Shown here one piece after another: positions 10,116 through 19,037 of a stretch of 64,000 bases of DNA. The stretch is from Chloroflexota bacterium (lineage in GTDB: Bacteria; Chloroflexota; Anaerolineae; JAAYEA01). Under the pieces are notes generated by a model. The model searched no databases. It worked only from the letters and a program-made list of their open reading frames with translations, and was not told the DNA's origin. A program made the translations under genes and the position numbers. Each line of letters starts with the position of its first letter. The first letter of the stretch is position 1. The stretch spans positions 5,749-69,748 of the forward strand of contig DAITVZ010000006.1 of the NCBI GenBank assembly GCA_036841525.1, read 5' to 3'.

Positions 10116-11255
10116 ATGGATGTCTATCGCGAACTGGGCGTCGAGCCGCTGATCAACGCGGGGGGAACGCTGACCACGCTGGGCGGGTCGCTGATGCTGC
10201 CCGAGGTGACGGATGCTATGGCGGCGGCCAGCCGAGCCTTTGTGGACATGAGCGAGCTCCACCTGGCGGCGGGGAAGCGGATCGCTGAGCTGGTCGGCGT
10301 GGAGGCGGCGCACGTCACCTCAGGCGCCGCGGCGGGGATCGCCCTGATGGCGGCGGCTTGCATGACCGGGGCGGATGGCGAAAGGATCGCCCGCCTGCCG
10401 GATACGACTGGAATGAGAAACATGTTTGTCATCCAGCGGCCACACCACAACCCATTCGACCAGGCGCTGCGGCTGACGGGAGCCAGCTTTGTGGACGTGG
10501 CAGCCGATGAGGATGAACTGGCGAGCGCTCTGCGCCGGCCGGACGCCGCGGGAGTCTATTCCACTTTCGCTTGGTTCTGCCGGCTGCCGGTGCTGCCGCT
10601 GCCGAGGGTGGCGGAGCTGGCCCATGCGGCGGGATTGCCGCTGATCGTGGACGCCGCCGCGGAGGTGCCACCGCTGGAGAACCTGGCGCGCTTTGTGCGC
10701 GAGGGCGCCGATTTGGTGGCGTTCAGCGGGGGCAAGGCGATCCGCGGGCCGCAGTCCACCGGCTTTGTGCTGGGGCGAGCCGATCTGGTGGAGGCCTGCC
10801 GCCTCAACGACAGCCCGAACATGGCGATCGGACGCCCGATGAAGGCGGGTAAAGAGGAGATCGTCGCGGTGGTCAAGGCGGTGGAGCTGTATACGCGCAA
10901 GAACCACGCTACCGAGATGGCCGTCTGGGAGAGGCGGGTGGCGCACGTGATCGGTGAGCTGGCCGCGCTGCCGCATGTGCGGGCGTGGCGGCAATTGCCC
11001 TTTGGCACCGGGCAACTGATCCCGCACGCGGCGGTGAGCTGGGACGAGGGCAAGGTGGGGCTGACCCATGAAGAGGCGCTGCGTCGCCTGAAGGAGGGCC
11101 GTCCGCGGGTCGCCGTGCAACTGGTTAGCCCGCAGCGCTACGCCTTTTCGGATTTTACGGCGCCGGAGCTGCGGATTCACCCGCACACCCTGGCGGACGG
11201 AGAAGAGATGGTGGTGGCGCGGAGGCTGGTCGAGGTGCTTTCCGGCAAGCGATAG
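10116..11255 (+). CDS. SelA-like PLP-dependent enzyme (DgaE/D-glucosaminate-6-phosphate ammonia-lyase-like)
   Basis: INAGGTLTTLGGS, VTSGAAAGI, IVDAAAE, FSGGKAIRGPQ (PLP lysine), GRPMKAGKEEI. Confidence 0.82.
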   Translation: MDVYRELGVEPLINAGGTLTTLGGSLMLPEVTDAMAAASRAFVDMSELHLAAGKRIAELVGVEAAHVTSGAAAGIALMAAACMTGADGERIARLPDTTGMRNMFVIQRPHHNPFDQALRLTGASFVDVAADEDELASALRRPDAAGVYSTFAWFCRLPVLPLPRVAELAHAAGLPLIVDAAAEVPPLENLARFVREGADLVAFSGGKAIRGPQSTGFVLGRADLVEACRLNDSPNMAIGRPMKAGKEEIVAVVKAVELYTRKNHATEMAVWERRVAHVIGELAALPHVRAWRQLPFGTGQLIPHAAVSWDEGKVGLTHEEALRRLKEGRPRVAVQLVSPQRYAFSDFTAPELRIHPHTLADGEEMVVARRLVEVLSGKR

Positions 11256-11263
11256 GGGGCGCG

Positions 11264-11806
11264 GTGCGGCGGATCGCGGTGGTGGGCCCGACGGGCAGCG
11301 GCAAGACGACGCTAGCGGCAGAGCTGGCGAAGCGGCTGGGCGTGCCTCACGTCGAGCTGGATGCGCTGCATTGGGGACCAGGCTGGGCGCCGCCGGACCT
11401 GGAGGCCTTTCGGGACCGCGTGGCGGCGGCGCTGGCCGGCAAGGGCTGGGTCGCCGACGGCAACTATCGCAAGGTGCGCGGGATCATCTGGACGCGCGCG
11501 GATACGCTGGTGTGGCTGGACTATCCGCTCTGGCTGACGCTGTGGCGGTTGCTGCGGCGCACCGTCCGTCGGGTGGGCAAGCAGGAAGTGCTCTGGAACG
11601 GGAATCGCGAGACCTGGTGGGGGACGCTCTTGGCCAAGGACTCGCTGCTGCGGCTATCGGTGCAGGGGCATCGCCGCATGCGGGAGGGCTATCCCCTCGC
11701 GCTGCAGCTCCCGGAATATCGGCATCTGAGGGTCGTTCGCCTGCGCACGCCACAGGAAACGGGCGCGTGGTTGGCGCAGGTGAGCCAAGATCCAGGGGAG
11801 GGATGA
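11264..11806 (+). CDS. Adenylate-kinase-like P-loop protein (FlaR/topology modulation family)
   Basis: VVGPTGSGKTT, ELDALHW, WVADGNY, LVWLD. Confidence 0.82.
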   Translation: MRRIAVVGPTGSGKTTLAAELAKRLGVPHVELDALHWGPGWAPPDLEAFRDRVAAALAGKGWVADGNYRKVRGIIWTRADTLVWLDYPLWLTLWRLLRRTVRRVGKQEVLWNGNRETWWGTLLAKDSLLRLSVQGHRRMREGYPLALQLPEYRHLRVVRLRTPQETGAWLAQVSQDPGEG

Positions 11807-11810
11807 GAGC

Positions 11811-13184
11811 ATGGGCAAGCTTGTGGCAGGTGTGGCAAAGGGCGATATCACACCGCCCGCAGGATTGGTGCAGGCAGGATACGGAAGCCGTACGGCGCCG
11901 GCCTTGGGCACCCATGACGACCTGCATGTGGTGGCGTTGTACCTGAGCGACGGCGAGACCGAAGCGGCACTGCTCACCGCGGACCTGCTGAGCGCCGATG
12001 TGGCGGGAGCGAACCGAATAAGGGAGGCCGCTGCCGCAGCGAGCGGGGTTCCCGCGGGGCAGATCATGGTGGCCTTTTCGCACACGCATGGGGCGCCGAA
12101 GACCTTGCTTCACGCCATGGAGTCGGCAGACCCCCTGGTGGTGACCTACACCGACATGGTGGTCTACAAGCTGGCCGGCGCGCTGGCGGAGGCCAAACGC
12201 GCTGCGCGGCCCGTGCGGATCGGCTACGGTCGGCAGGCCTGCACCGTGGGCATGAACCGCCGTGAGATGCGCCCAGATGGCAAGGTGATCCTGGGCGTGA
12301 ACCGCGAGGGACCGACGCGGCCCTGGGCCGACGTGGTGCGCTTTGATCCAGCTGAAGGGCAGCGCCCCCTGGCGGTGTTGTGCAGCTATGCGTCCCACGG
12401 CACCACTCTGGGCGGCGACAACCTCCTCTATACGGCGGACTATATCGGGTACGCCAAGAGCACCATCGAGCAGCTCTTGCCGGGGGCGACGGCGCTGTTT
12501 GCGGCGGGCTGCAGCGGGGACATCAATCCTTATCCGCGCGGCAGCTTTGCCGACTGCGTGGATAACGGCCTTCGCGTGGGGTGCGCGGCCACGCAGGCGG
12601 CGCTGGCCATCGACGAGCTGCAGGAGGTGGATCGGGTGATCGTGGCTCACCGCGGGTTCGAGTGGCGCGTCCAGGAGCCGCCGACGCTGGCCCAGGCACG
12701 GGCCGCGCTGGCCCCGCTGGAGGCGGCGGCCGCCGCGGACCTGGCAAAGGCCAGACAAGCGGCCAATGACCCCACGCTGACCGAGCAGCAGGCCATCGAG
12801 TTCTGGACGCTCCGAAGGCTCAACAGCGCCAGGCAGCTGGTGGCGGGGCTCGAGAGCGGCCAACTGGACTTGACCATCAAGCTGCAGACGCAAGCCATCG
12901 CTTTGGGCGACATCGCGTTGGTGGGCCTGCCTGGGGAGATCTTTGTGCGTATCGGCGAGGCGGTCATGGAGCGGTCGCCCTTTGCCCATACTATCGTCAC
13001 GAGCCACACCAACGGATGGGCGGGCTACTTGCCCACGGCGGATCAGGTTCCGTTGGGGGGGTATGAGGTCGAGCGAGCGCGCGCACATCGGTATGGGCTG
13101 ACTATCCTGGATAACTCGGACCAGATCGCGGTCGACGCGGCGGTGGCCGTGTTGCAGGACTGCTATACGGCACGCGGGGCCTGA
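11811..13184 (+). CDS. Neutral/alkaline ceramidase-like hydrolase
   Basis: GVAKGDITPP, GTHDDLHV, SHTHGAP, YASHGTT, GCSGDINP, LPGEIF, GYLPT. Confidence 0.78.
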   Translation: MGKLVAGVAKGDITPPAGLVQAGYGSRTAPALGTHDDLHVVALYLSDGETEAALLTADLLSADVAGANRIREAAAAASGVPAGQIMVAFSHTHGAPKTLLHAMESADPLVVTYTDMVVYKLAGALAEAKRAARPVRIGYGRQACTVGMNRREMRPDGKVILGVNREGPTRPWADVVRFDPAEGQRPLAVLCSYASHGTTLGGDNLLYTADYIGYAKSTIEQLLPGATALFAAGCSGDINPYPRGSFADCVDNGLRVGCAATQAALAIDELQEVDRVIVAHRGFEWRVQEPPTLAQARAALAPLEAAAAADLAKARQAANDPTLTEQQAIEFWTLRRLNSARQLVAGLESGQLDLTIKLQTQAIALGDIALVGLPGEIFVRIGEAVMERSPFAHTIVTSHTNGWAGYLPTADQVPLGGYEVERARAHRYGLTILDNSDQIAVDAAVAVLQDCYTARGA

Positions 13185-13209
13185 GGCGCGCCTGCCAGAA
13201 GGAGGACAT

Positions 13210-14364
13210 ATGTACGATCTGCTGCTGAAGGGTGGGCACGTCATCGACCCGGCCAACGCGGTGGACGAGGCGGCGGACGTCGCCATCGCCGACTCCCGCG
13301 TGGTTGCGTTGGGGCCAGGCCTCGACCCAGGAATGTCCAAGCGGACCATCGATGTGTCGGGGCACTATGTCGTCCCCGGGCTCATCGACATGCACGTGCA
13401 CGCCTTCGGGTACAAGGCCTCGTTGCCGCCGGATGTGCATGCCCTCTCCAACGGCGCGACGACGGTGGTGGATGCGGGGGGCGCTGGGTGGCGGAGCTAC
13501 GACGCCTTCTGGGAGCAGGTGATCAGCCGGTCCAGGGTCAGGGTGCTGGCCTTTCTCAACATCGTGGATGCGGGTATGGTGGATGAGGTGGAGCAGTACG
13601 TTCCGGCCATGAGCCCGGGGCCGTGCGCCGAGACGATTCGGCGCCACCACGGCGTCCTGGTGGGGGTCAAGGTGGCCCACTTTATGGGCACCAGTTGGGA
13701 GGCCGTGGATCGGGCGGTGGCGGCGGGCGCCGAGAGCGACACGCCGGTCATGGTGGACTTTCGACCCCGGCCCGGGCGCAGCTATGCGGACCTGCTGCTG
13801 GAACACCTGCGCCCCGGCGACATCCACACGCACATGTATGCCCAGCATATCCCGCTGCTGGACGAATCCGATCGGGTGTGCGACTATATGTGGGCGGCTC
13901 GCAAGCGGGGGGTGTTCTTTGACCTGGGGCATGGCGCGGGGAGCTTTTGGTGGCGGATCGCTGCTCCGGCGGTGGAGCAGGGGTTTGTGCCCGACACCTT
14001 GGGCACCGATCTGCACACAGCCAGCGCCCTGGGGCCGAACGCGCTCTTGTTGCCGACCATGTCCAAGATGCTCTGCCTGGGCATGAAGCTGCCTGAGGTG
14101 ATCGCGGGGGCGACCACCATGCCGGCGCGCGTGATCCGCCGCACGGACCTGGGCGCGCTGGGGCTGGGGGCGACAGCCGACGTGGCGGTGCTCCAGATGG
14201 TGGAGGGGCGCGTGGGGATGGTGGATTCGGGCGGGGCGCGGCATTGGGGCGACAAGCAACTGCGCTGCCTGCTCACGCTGCAGGGCGGCAAGGTGGTCTG
14301 GGATCCCACGGGGCTGGCCAGTCCCGACTGGCAGTCGGCGGGCCGCTACACCTTTTTGCGTTGA
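13210..14364 (+). CDS. Amidohydrolase/deacetylase, dihydroorotase-like (DgaD/EF_0837-like)
   Basis: LLKGGHVIDP, PGLIDMHVH, VDAGGAG, DIHTHMY, DLGHGAGSF, GTDLH. Confidence 0.85.
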   Translation: MYDLLLKGGHVIDPANAVDEAADVAIADSRVVALGPGLDPGMSKRTIDVSGHYVVPGLIDMHVHAFGYKASLPPDVHALSNGATTVVDAGGAGWRSYDAFWEQVISRSRVRVLAFLNIVDAGMVDEVEQYVPAMSPGPCAETIRRHHGVLVGVKVAHFMGTSWEAVDRAVAAGAESDTPVMVDFRPRPGRSYADLLLEHLRPGDIHTHMYAQHIPLLDESDRVCDYMWAARKRGVFFDLGHGAGSFWWRIAAPAVEQGFVPDTLGTDLHTASALGPNALLLPTMSKMLCLGMKLPEVIAGATTMPARVIRRTDLGALGLGATADVAVLQMVEGRVGMVDSGGARHWGDKQLRCLLTLQGGKVVWDPTGLASPDWQSAGRYTFLR

Positions 14365-14376
14365 AGCGGCTGAGCG

Positions 14377-14405
14377 TTGGCGCGGAAGAGAATCGGTGCC
14401 ATAAT
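14377..14405 (+). promoter_or_regulatory. Putative sigma70 promoter
   Basis: TTGGCG-17 bp-CATAAT with a TGn extended -10, upstream of the Gfo/Idh/MocA gene. Confidence 0.5.
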
Positions 14406-14463
14406 GAATGGGTGCGCCCCGGCGTCACGGGGCCAGTACCAAATAGCGACAAGGAGCGAGTTC

Positions 14464-15528
14464 ATGAAGCCGGTAAAGGTAGGAGTGGTCGGGTGCGGGG
14501 TGATCGGGCCGACGCACATGGGGCCCGCGATAGAGTCGCCGTTGATCGAGTTGGTGGCGGTGTCCGACCTGGTCGAGTCCCGCGCCAAGGCGGCCGCGGC
14601 GCAGTACGGTGTGCGCAAGTGCTATGTTCAGGGTGACGACCTCATCGACGATCCGGAGGTCGAGGCAGTGGTGCTGGCGGTGCCGGCCGATGGGCGGTTC
14701 GCGCTGGCAAAGCATGCCCTGGCGGCCGGGAAGCACATGCTGACAGAAAAGCCTGTGATGATGAACGCCAAGCTGGTGCGGGAGCTCATCCAGATGCGGG
14801 GGAACCTAACGGCGGGGTGTTGCTCGCTGCGCATGCGGCAGACCGACGCGGCGGTGCTGGCGACCCAGATCGTCACTTCGGGCGCGCTGGGCGAGCTGCG
14901 TGTGCTGCAGGCGCGGGAGATTCGCGGCTGCGGGCGCAAGCCCGACGCCCCGCGCCCCGACTGGCGGCTGGTGAAGGCGCGGAACGGCGGCGGCATCTTG
15001 CTCAACTGGGGCTGCTACGACCTGGACTATATGCTGGGCCTGTGCGGCTGGCAACTCAGGCCGACCACGGTGTTTGCTCAGTGCTGGACGATCTCGCCGC
15101 ACCTGCAGGAGCACGTCTGGCCCGGATCGGATGCCGAAACCCATTTCGTCTCGCTGATCCGCTGCGAGGGCGGCGCGATGATCAACTTTGAGCGAGGCGA
15201 GTTCGTGGCCGCGCAGACCGAGTCCTCCTGGCGCATCACCGGCTCGCGCGGGTCGCTCCAGCTGGATATGCTGGGCAGGCGCGGCTCGCAGATGGTGCTG
15301 GACGAGACCACCCCCGAGGGCGGGGTCAGCTCGCGCACGGTGTGGGAGTTCGGCCCGGACAATTCGGGCTACAACTCGTCGCCGATCGTCGATTTCGCCC
15401 AGGCGATTCGCGAGGGGCGGCAGACCGATACCAGCCTGGAGCGTGCCCTGGTGGTACAAGAGATCAGCGACGCGATCTATGCCTCCGCCGAGAGCGGCGA
15501 GGCGGTTCATATCGATGTGACGGTCTAG
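14464..15528 (+). CDS. Gfo/Idh/MocA family oxidoreductase
   Basis: VGVVGCGVIG, HMLTEKP, GGGILLNWGCYDLD. Confidence 0.9.
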   Translation: MKPVKVGVVGCGVIGPTHMGPAIESPLIELVAVSDLVESRAKAAAAQYGVRKCYVQGDDLIDDPEVEAVVLAVPADGRFALAKHALAAGKHMLTEKPVMMNAKLVRELIQMRGNLTAGCCSLRMRQTDAAVLATQIVTSGALGELRVLQAREIRGCGRKPDAPRPDWRLVKARNGGGILLNWGCYDLDYMLGLCGWQLRPTTVFAQCWTISPHLQEHVWPGSDAETHFVSLIRCEGGAMINFERGEFVAAQTESSWRITGSRGSLQLDMLGRRGSQMVLDETTPEGGVSSRTVWEFGPDNSGYNSSPIVDFAQAIREGRQTDTSLERALVVQEISDAIYASAESGEAVHIDVTV

Positions 15529-15538
15529 GGAGGCTGCA

Positions 15539-16354
15539 GTGAAATACGCATTCATGACCTTTTCCACGCCATCGCTCACCCTGGATCAGGTGCTGGCGAC
15601 GGCCAAGAGGTATGGCTATGATGGCATCGAGCCGAGGCTGGTGGATCGCCAGGCGCACGGCATCGAGGTGGAGATCAGCTCGGCGGCGCGCCGAGAGGCG
15701 CGAGCCAAGGTAGCGGACAGCGGCATCGCCCTGGCGTGCATCGCCACTTCTTGCATGTATGCCAACCCGGCCACGACGCAGGCGAACGTCGACGAGACGT
15801 TTCGATGCATCGACTTGGCGGGCGATCTGGGGGCGCCGACGATCCGTGTGTTCGGCGGCAAGCTTGGCCCGGGCCTGAGCCGCGCTGACGCGATTCAACT
15901 GGTGGCGGAGTCGTTGCTGAAGGTGGCCGGGCAGGCCGCAGCGCGGGGTGTGACCGTCTGTGTCGAAACGCACGACGACTGGTGCGAGCCCACCCACCTG
16001 GCCGCGGTACTCAAGCAGGTGAATCACCCTGCCATCGCCATCAACTGGGACATCATGCACCCGGTGCGCGTCGCAGGGGCGACCATGGACAGCGCGTTTG
16101 AGGCAATCAAGCCGTGGATCGGGCACGTGCACCTGCACGATGGCGCGAAGGATGGCACCACGGCGCTGGCCCCGATCGGCGAGGGGGCGATCGATCACAA
16201 GCGGGCTGTGGAGCTGCTGCTGTCGCTGCCCTATCGTGGTTTCCTCAGCGGGGAGTGGATCAAGTGGGCCGACCCCTACGAGGTGCATCTGCCGCGCGAA
16301 CTCGCGACGATGAAATCGTACGAACAACTGGCAAGCAGCCACCTGCGGAGATAG
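15539..16354 (+). CDS. Sugar phosphate isomerase/epimerase (xylose-isomerase-like TIM barrel)
   Basis: GYDGIE, IRVFGG, VETHD, NWDIMH, HVHLHD, IGEG, SGE. Confidence 0.88.
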   Translation: MKYAFMTFSTPSLTLDQVLATAKRYGYDGIEPRLVDRQAHGIEVEISSAARREARAKVADSGIALACIATSCMYANPATTQANVDETFRCIDLAGDLGAPTIRVFGGKLGPGLSRADAIQLVAESLLKVAGQAAARGVTVCVETHDDWCEPTHLAAVLKQVNHPAIAINWDIMHPVRVAGATMDSAFEAIKPWIGHVHLHDGAKDGTTALAPIGEGAIDHKRAVELLLSLPYRGFLSGEWIKWADPYEVHLPRELATMKSYEQLASSHLRR

Positions 16355-16366
16355 CCCGAGCATCGG

Positions 16367-16395
16367 AACCGGGCCGCGCACAGCGGCCCGGTTTT
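16367..16395 (+). terminator. Intrinsic terminator
   Basis: Perfect 11-bp stem AACCGGGCCGC/GCGGCCCGGTT with a 5-nt loop, followed by TT. Confidence 0.75.
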
Positions 16396-16443
16396 CGCGT
16401 TCTGCTGGCCGCTGCATCTAGCGTCTGGACAGCGATGAGTGCG

Positions 16444-16767
16444 CTAGAGCAGCCGCCTGGCGATGGCCACGACGGCGATGCCGACGAGGACCGCGGCGAC
16501 AAAACTGTGGGTGCGCCGGGCGACCAGCCAGGCGGGGATGCTGGCCCAGAGGTAGAGGTTGGACAGGTTCACGGCCAGGTCGCCTTCAGGAGCGAGCAGC
16601 GTAGGCACGAGCATGGCGGCCAGGACGGCAATAGGCATGTGCTTGAGCCAGCCAGCGAGGACCGGCGGGAGGCTGCGCGCGGAGAGCGCCTTGATGGGCA
16701 GCAGGCGCGGGAGAAAGGTGACGACGGCCATCCCCAATATGGTCAGGGTGATCTGCGTTTGGTCCAT
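16444..16767 (-). CDS. azlD: AzlD branched-chain amino acid transport protein
   Basis: ILGMAVVTFLPRLLP, LKHMPIAVLAAM; immediately downstream of azlC. Confidence 0.85.
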   Translation of the reverse strand: MDQTQITLTILGMAVVTFLPRLLPIKALSARSLPPVLAGWLKHMPIAVLAAMLVPTLLAPEGDLAVNLSNLYLWASIPAWLVARRTHSFVAAVLVGIAVVAIARRLL

Positions 16768-17447
16768 CTCTCCAGAAGGCTCCCCAGGGTGGCACCAGCC
16801 AGGGCGGCGCCGATGACGTGCCAATGACCCCAGCCCGCGCGTTGCAGCGCAACCGCCAGGCCGCCGGAGAAGATGGCCACGGCGAACTGTCGGCCTCCCT
16901 TGATCTGCAGGGCCAGCAGGGCGATGAACAGCGCGGGCAGGGCAAAGTCCAGGCCCAAGGCGCGCAGATCGCCCACCACCTGGCCGGCAAGGACGCCCAG
17001 CGCTGTCCCCGCGATCCAGGCAGCCTGCGCCGAGAGATTGAGGGCGAGCGATTCCGCAGGATTCAGGGCGCCTGTCGACACCTTCATGGCGTGAACGGCA
17101 AAGGTCTCGTCCGTCAGCTCGAAGGCAAAGGCACCTTGTTGCCGCCATCGCCATCCCTTGAGGGCCGGGGCCAGCGTCGCGGACATGAGCATGTGACGCA
17201 GGTTGACGATCAGCGTGGACAAAACGATGGACAGGGGCGAGGCGCCGGAGGCCAGCAGGCCCACGGCGACGAACTGAGAGGCCCCGGCGTAGACCAACAG
17301 CGACATGAGCAAGGTGTTCAGAGTCGAGAGGCCAGCTCCCTGCGCCAGGACGCCATAGGTGAAGGCGATGGGCAGGTAGCCTGCCGCGATGGGGAGCGCC
17401 TGCAGGGCTCCTGTTCGCCAGGCGGCGCGCGGCGACGACGGATTCAC
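16743..17447 (-). CDS. azlC: AzlC family branched-chain amino acid permease
   Basis: MSLLVYAGASQF, VNLRHMLMS, LTDETFAV, GLDFALPALFIALL. Confidence 0.9.
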   Translation of the reverse strand: MNPSSPRAAWRTGALQALPIAAGYLPIAFTYGVLAQGAGLSTLNTLLMSLLVYAGASQFVAVGLLASGASPLSIVLSTLIVNLRHMLMSATLAPALKGWRWRQQGAFAFELTDETFAVHAMKVSTGALNPAESLALNLSAQAAWIAGTALGVLAGQVVGDLRALGLDFALPALFIALLALQIKGGRQFAVAIFSGGLAVALQRAGWGHWHVIGAALAGATLGSLLERWTKRRSP

Positions 17448-17457
17448 CGCGCGAACC

Positions 17458-18045
17458 TCAGTTCACCAGGCCGGCGTCCTGCAGCGGCCAATAGGACACC
17501 CAGGCTCGGCCGAGGACCTTGTCCAGGGGCACCGCCCCGAAATAGCGCGAGTCGTTCGAGTTGTTGCGGTTATCCCCCATCACAAAGACGTGATCCTCGG
17601 GCACGGTGGTGGGGCCATAGTCGCGCTGAAGGACTCCGGAGAGGTACGGCTCATCGATGGGCTGCCCGTCGATGAAGAGCTGACTTGCCCTGATCTCGAC
17701 CGTCTCGCCGGGGAGGCCGATGACGCGCTTGATGAGCGGGATCTCGGCGTGATCCACGTCGATAACGACCACGTCGCCGCGTTCCGGCTCGCCGAAGCGG
17801 TACGTCACCTTCTCGATGAGGAGGTGCTGGTCGTCATGCAGGTTGGGCTCCATGCTCTGGCCCAGGACATAGGTGGTCTGGGCCACAAAGTGGTTGATCA
17901 AAAGCGCCAGGACGAGGGCTGGCAGAAAGGTCAGCACCAGTTCCTGAACCAGGGTGGCGACGATGGCGCCGAGAGAGGCGCGCTTGGGCGCGGGTGTGGT
18001 CTCGGGGAGCGCCGGGCTGTTCTGTGGTTGGCTGGATGGTTCCAT
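17458..18045 (-). CDS. lepB: Signal peptidase I
   Basis: TM helix then GQSMEPNL (Ser), LIKRVIG (Lys), GDNRNNSNDSR. Confidence 0.95.
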   Translation of the reverse strand: MEPSSQPQNSPALPETTPAPKRASLGAIVATLVQELVLTFLPALVLALLINHFVAQTTYVLGQSMEPNLHDDQHLLIEKVTYRFGEPERGDVVVIDVDHAEIPLIKRVIGLPGETVEIRASQLFIDGQPIDEPYLSGVLQRDYGPTTVPEDHVFVMGDNRNNSNDSRYFGAVPLDKVLGRAWVSYWPLQDAGLVN

Positions 18046-18087
18046 GCGGCTTCCTTCGGAGCGACGGATGGGGCGATTGCCGGGCCT

Positions 18088-18116
18088 AGTATACCCCCAA
18101 AGGCGCGATTCGCCAA
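18088..18116 (-). promoter_or_regulatory. Putative sigma70 promoter of lepB
   Basis: TTGGCG-17 bp-TATACT on the minus strand. Confidence 0.55.
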
Positions 18117-18194
18117 AGAACGAGATGCGGCGGGTTTGGCTCTTGGCGCGAGGCGAGTATACTGTCGCCCAGTTGGACTGACGAGGAGCGAGGC

Positions 18195-19037
18195 ATGGAC
18201 AACGGGCTGGCGCCCGTGCGGATGACAAGCCAGGATCGCGACAACCTGGGGCGCATCCGGGCGATTCGCATAGAGGCCGGGCTCGACGACGCCGAGGCCC
18301 TGGCCAGGCTGTTCGAGGATCAGGGCATCGTCGGTGATGGCGCGCTGGAGGCCCGGCTGCGGGCGGTCCTATTAGCGACGCAACAGCACTGGCTGCCAGG
18401 GCACGCCACGCCCCTGGACTTGCCCGGCCTGCGGGAGATTCGAGAGGCGGGCGACCGGGGCTTTCGGCCCCAATTCCGCGACCCATGGGCGAACAGCCGC
18501 GACCAGATCGGGCATTTTCTGACCGCGTTGGGGCTCTTCCTCTACCCTCAGACCGTGCGGACGCGCCGCCTGGGCATCTGCGTGCGGGATTGGGTGCGGT
18601 CGCCGCAGGATATGTCCGACGAGGAAGTGGCGCTTCGCTTCATCATTGGGCACGAGAAGGTGCCCGACCCGATTCTGGGCGATCCCCGGGCGCTGATCCA
18701 GTTTCCCAAGCAATTCACCAGCGCCACGGCGGAGGACGTCGCGACGTACCGGCGCGCGTTGGAGGCTCTTGGCGCAGGGTGGCGAGTGAACCTGGAAGCG
18801 GCCGTGGAGATCCTCTCTGGGATCGCCGTTGGCCAGGGACGCGGCAACAGCATCCAGGACTTGGCGCTCAGCCTGATGGCGTGCCGGTTGGGGCAGATGA
18901 TCCGCAGTGGGGCGATCCGCGACGGCGCGGAGGTGGCCGCATGGATCAGGGACAACCTGGCGGGGGCGGACGAGCCCCTACAGGCCCGGGCCGGCCAGGA
19001 TACCGCTACCGGAGGAACTCGGGATGGGATTGGCTGA
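18195..19037 (+). CDS. Hypothetical protein
   Basis: 280-aa ORF with GGAG RBS that fills the gap between lepB and the antiporter; no family recognised. Confidence 0.6.
   Translation: MDNGLAPVRMTSQDRDNLGRIRAIRIEAGLDDAEALARLFEDQGIVGDGALEARLRAVLLATQQHWLPGHATPLDLPGLREIREAGDRGFRPQFRDPWANSRDQIGHFLTALGLFLYPQTVRTRRLGICVRDWVRSPQDMSDEEVALRFIIGHEKVPDPILGDPRALIQFPKQFTSATAEDVATYRRALEALGAGWRVNLEAAVEILSGIAVGQGRGNSIQDLALSLMACRLGQMIRSGAIRDGAEVAAWIRDNLAGADEPLQARAGQDTATGGTRDGIG

Noticed and set aside
10116-11255. Selenocysteine synthase SelA
   Set aside because: It is shorter than true SelA, there is no selB/selC/selD nearby, and it is linked to a DgaD-like amidohydrolase; called SelA-like only.
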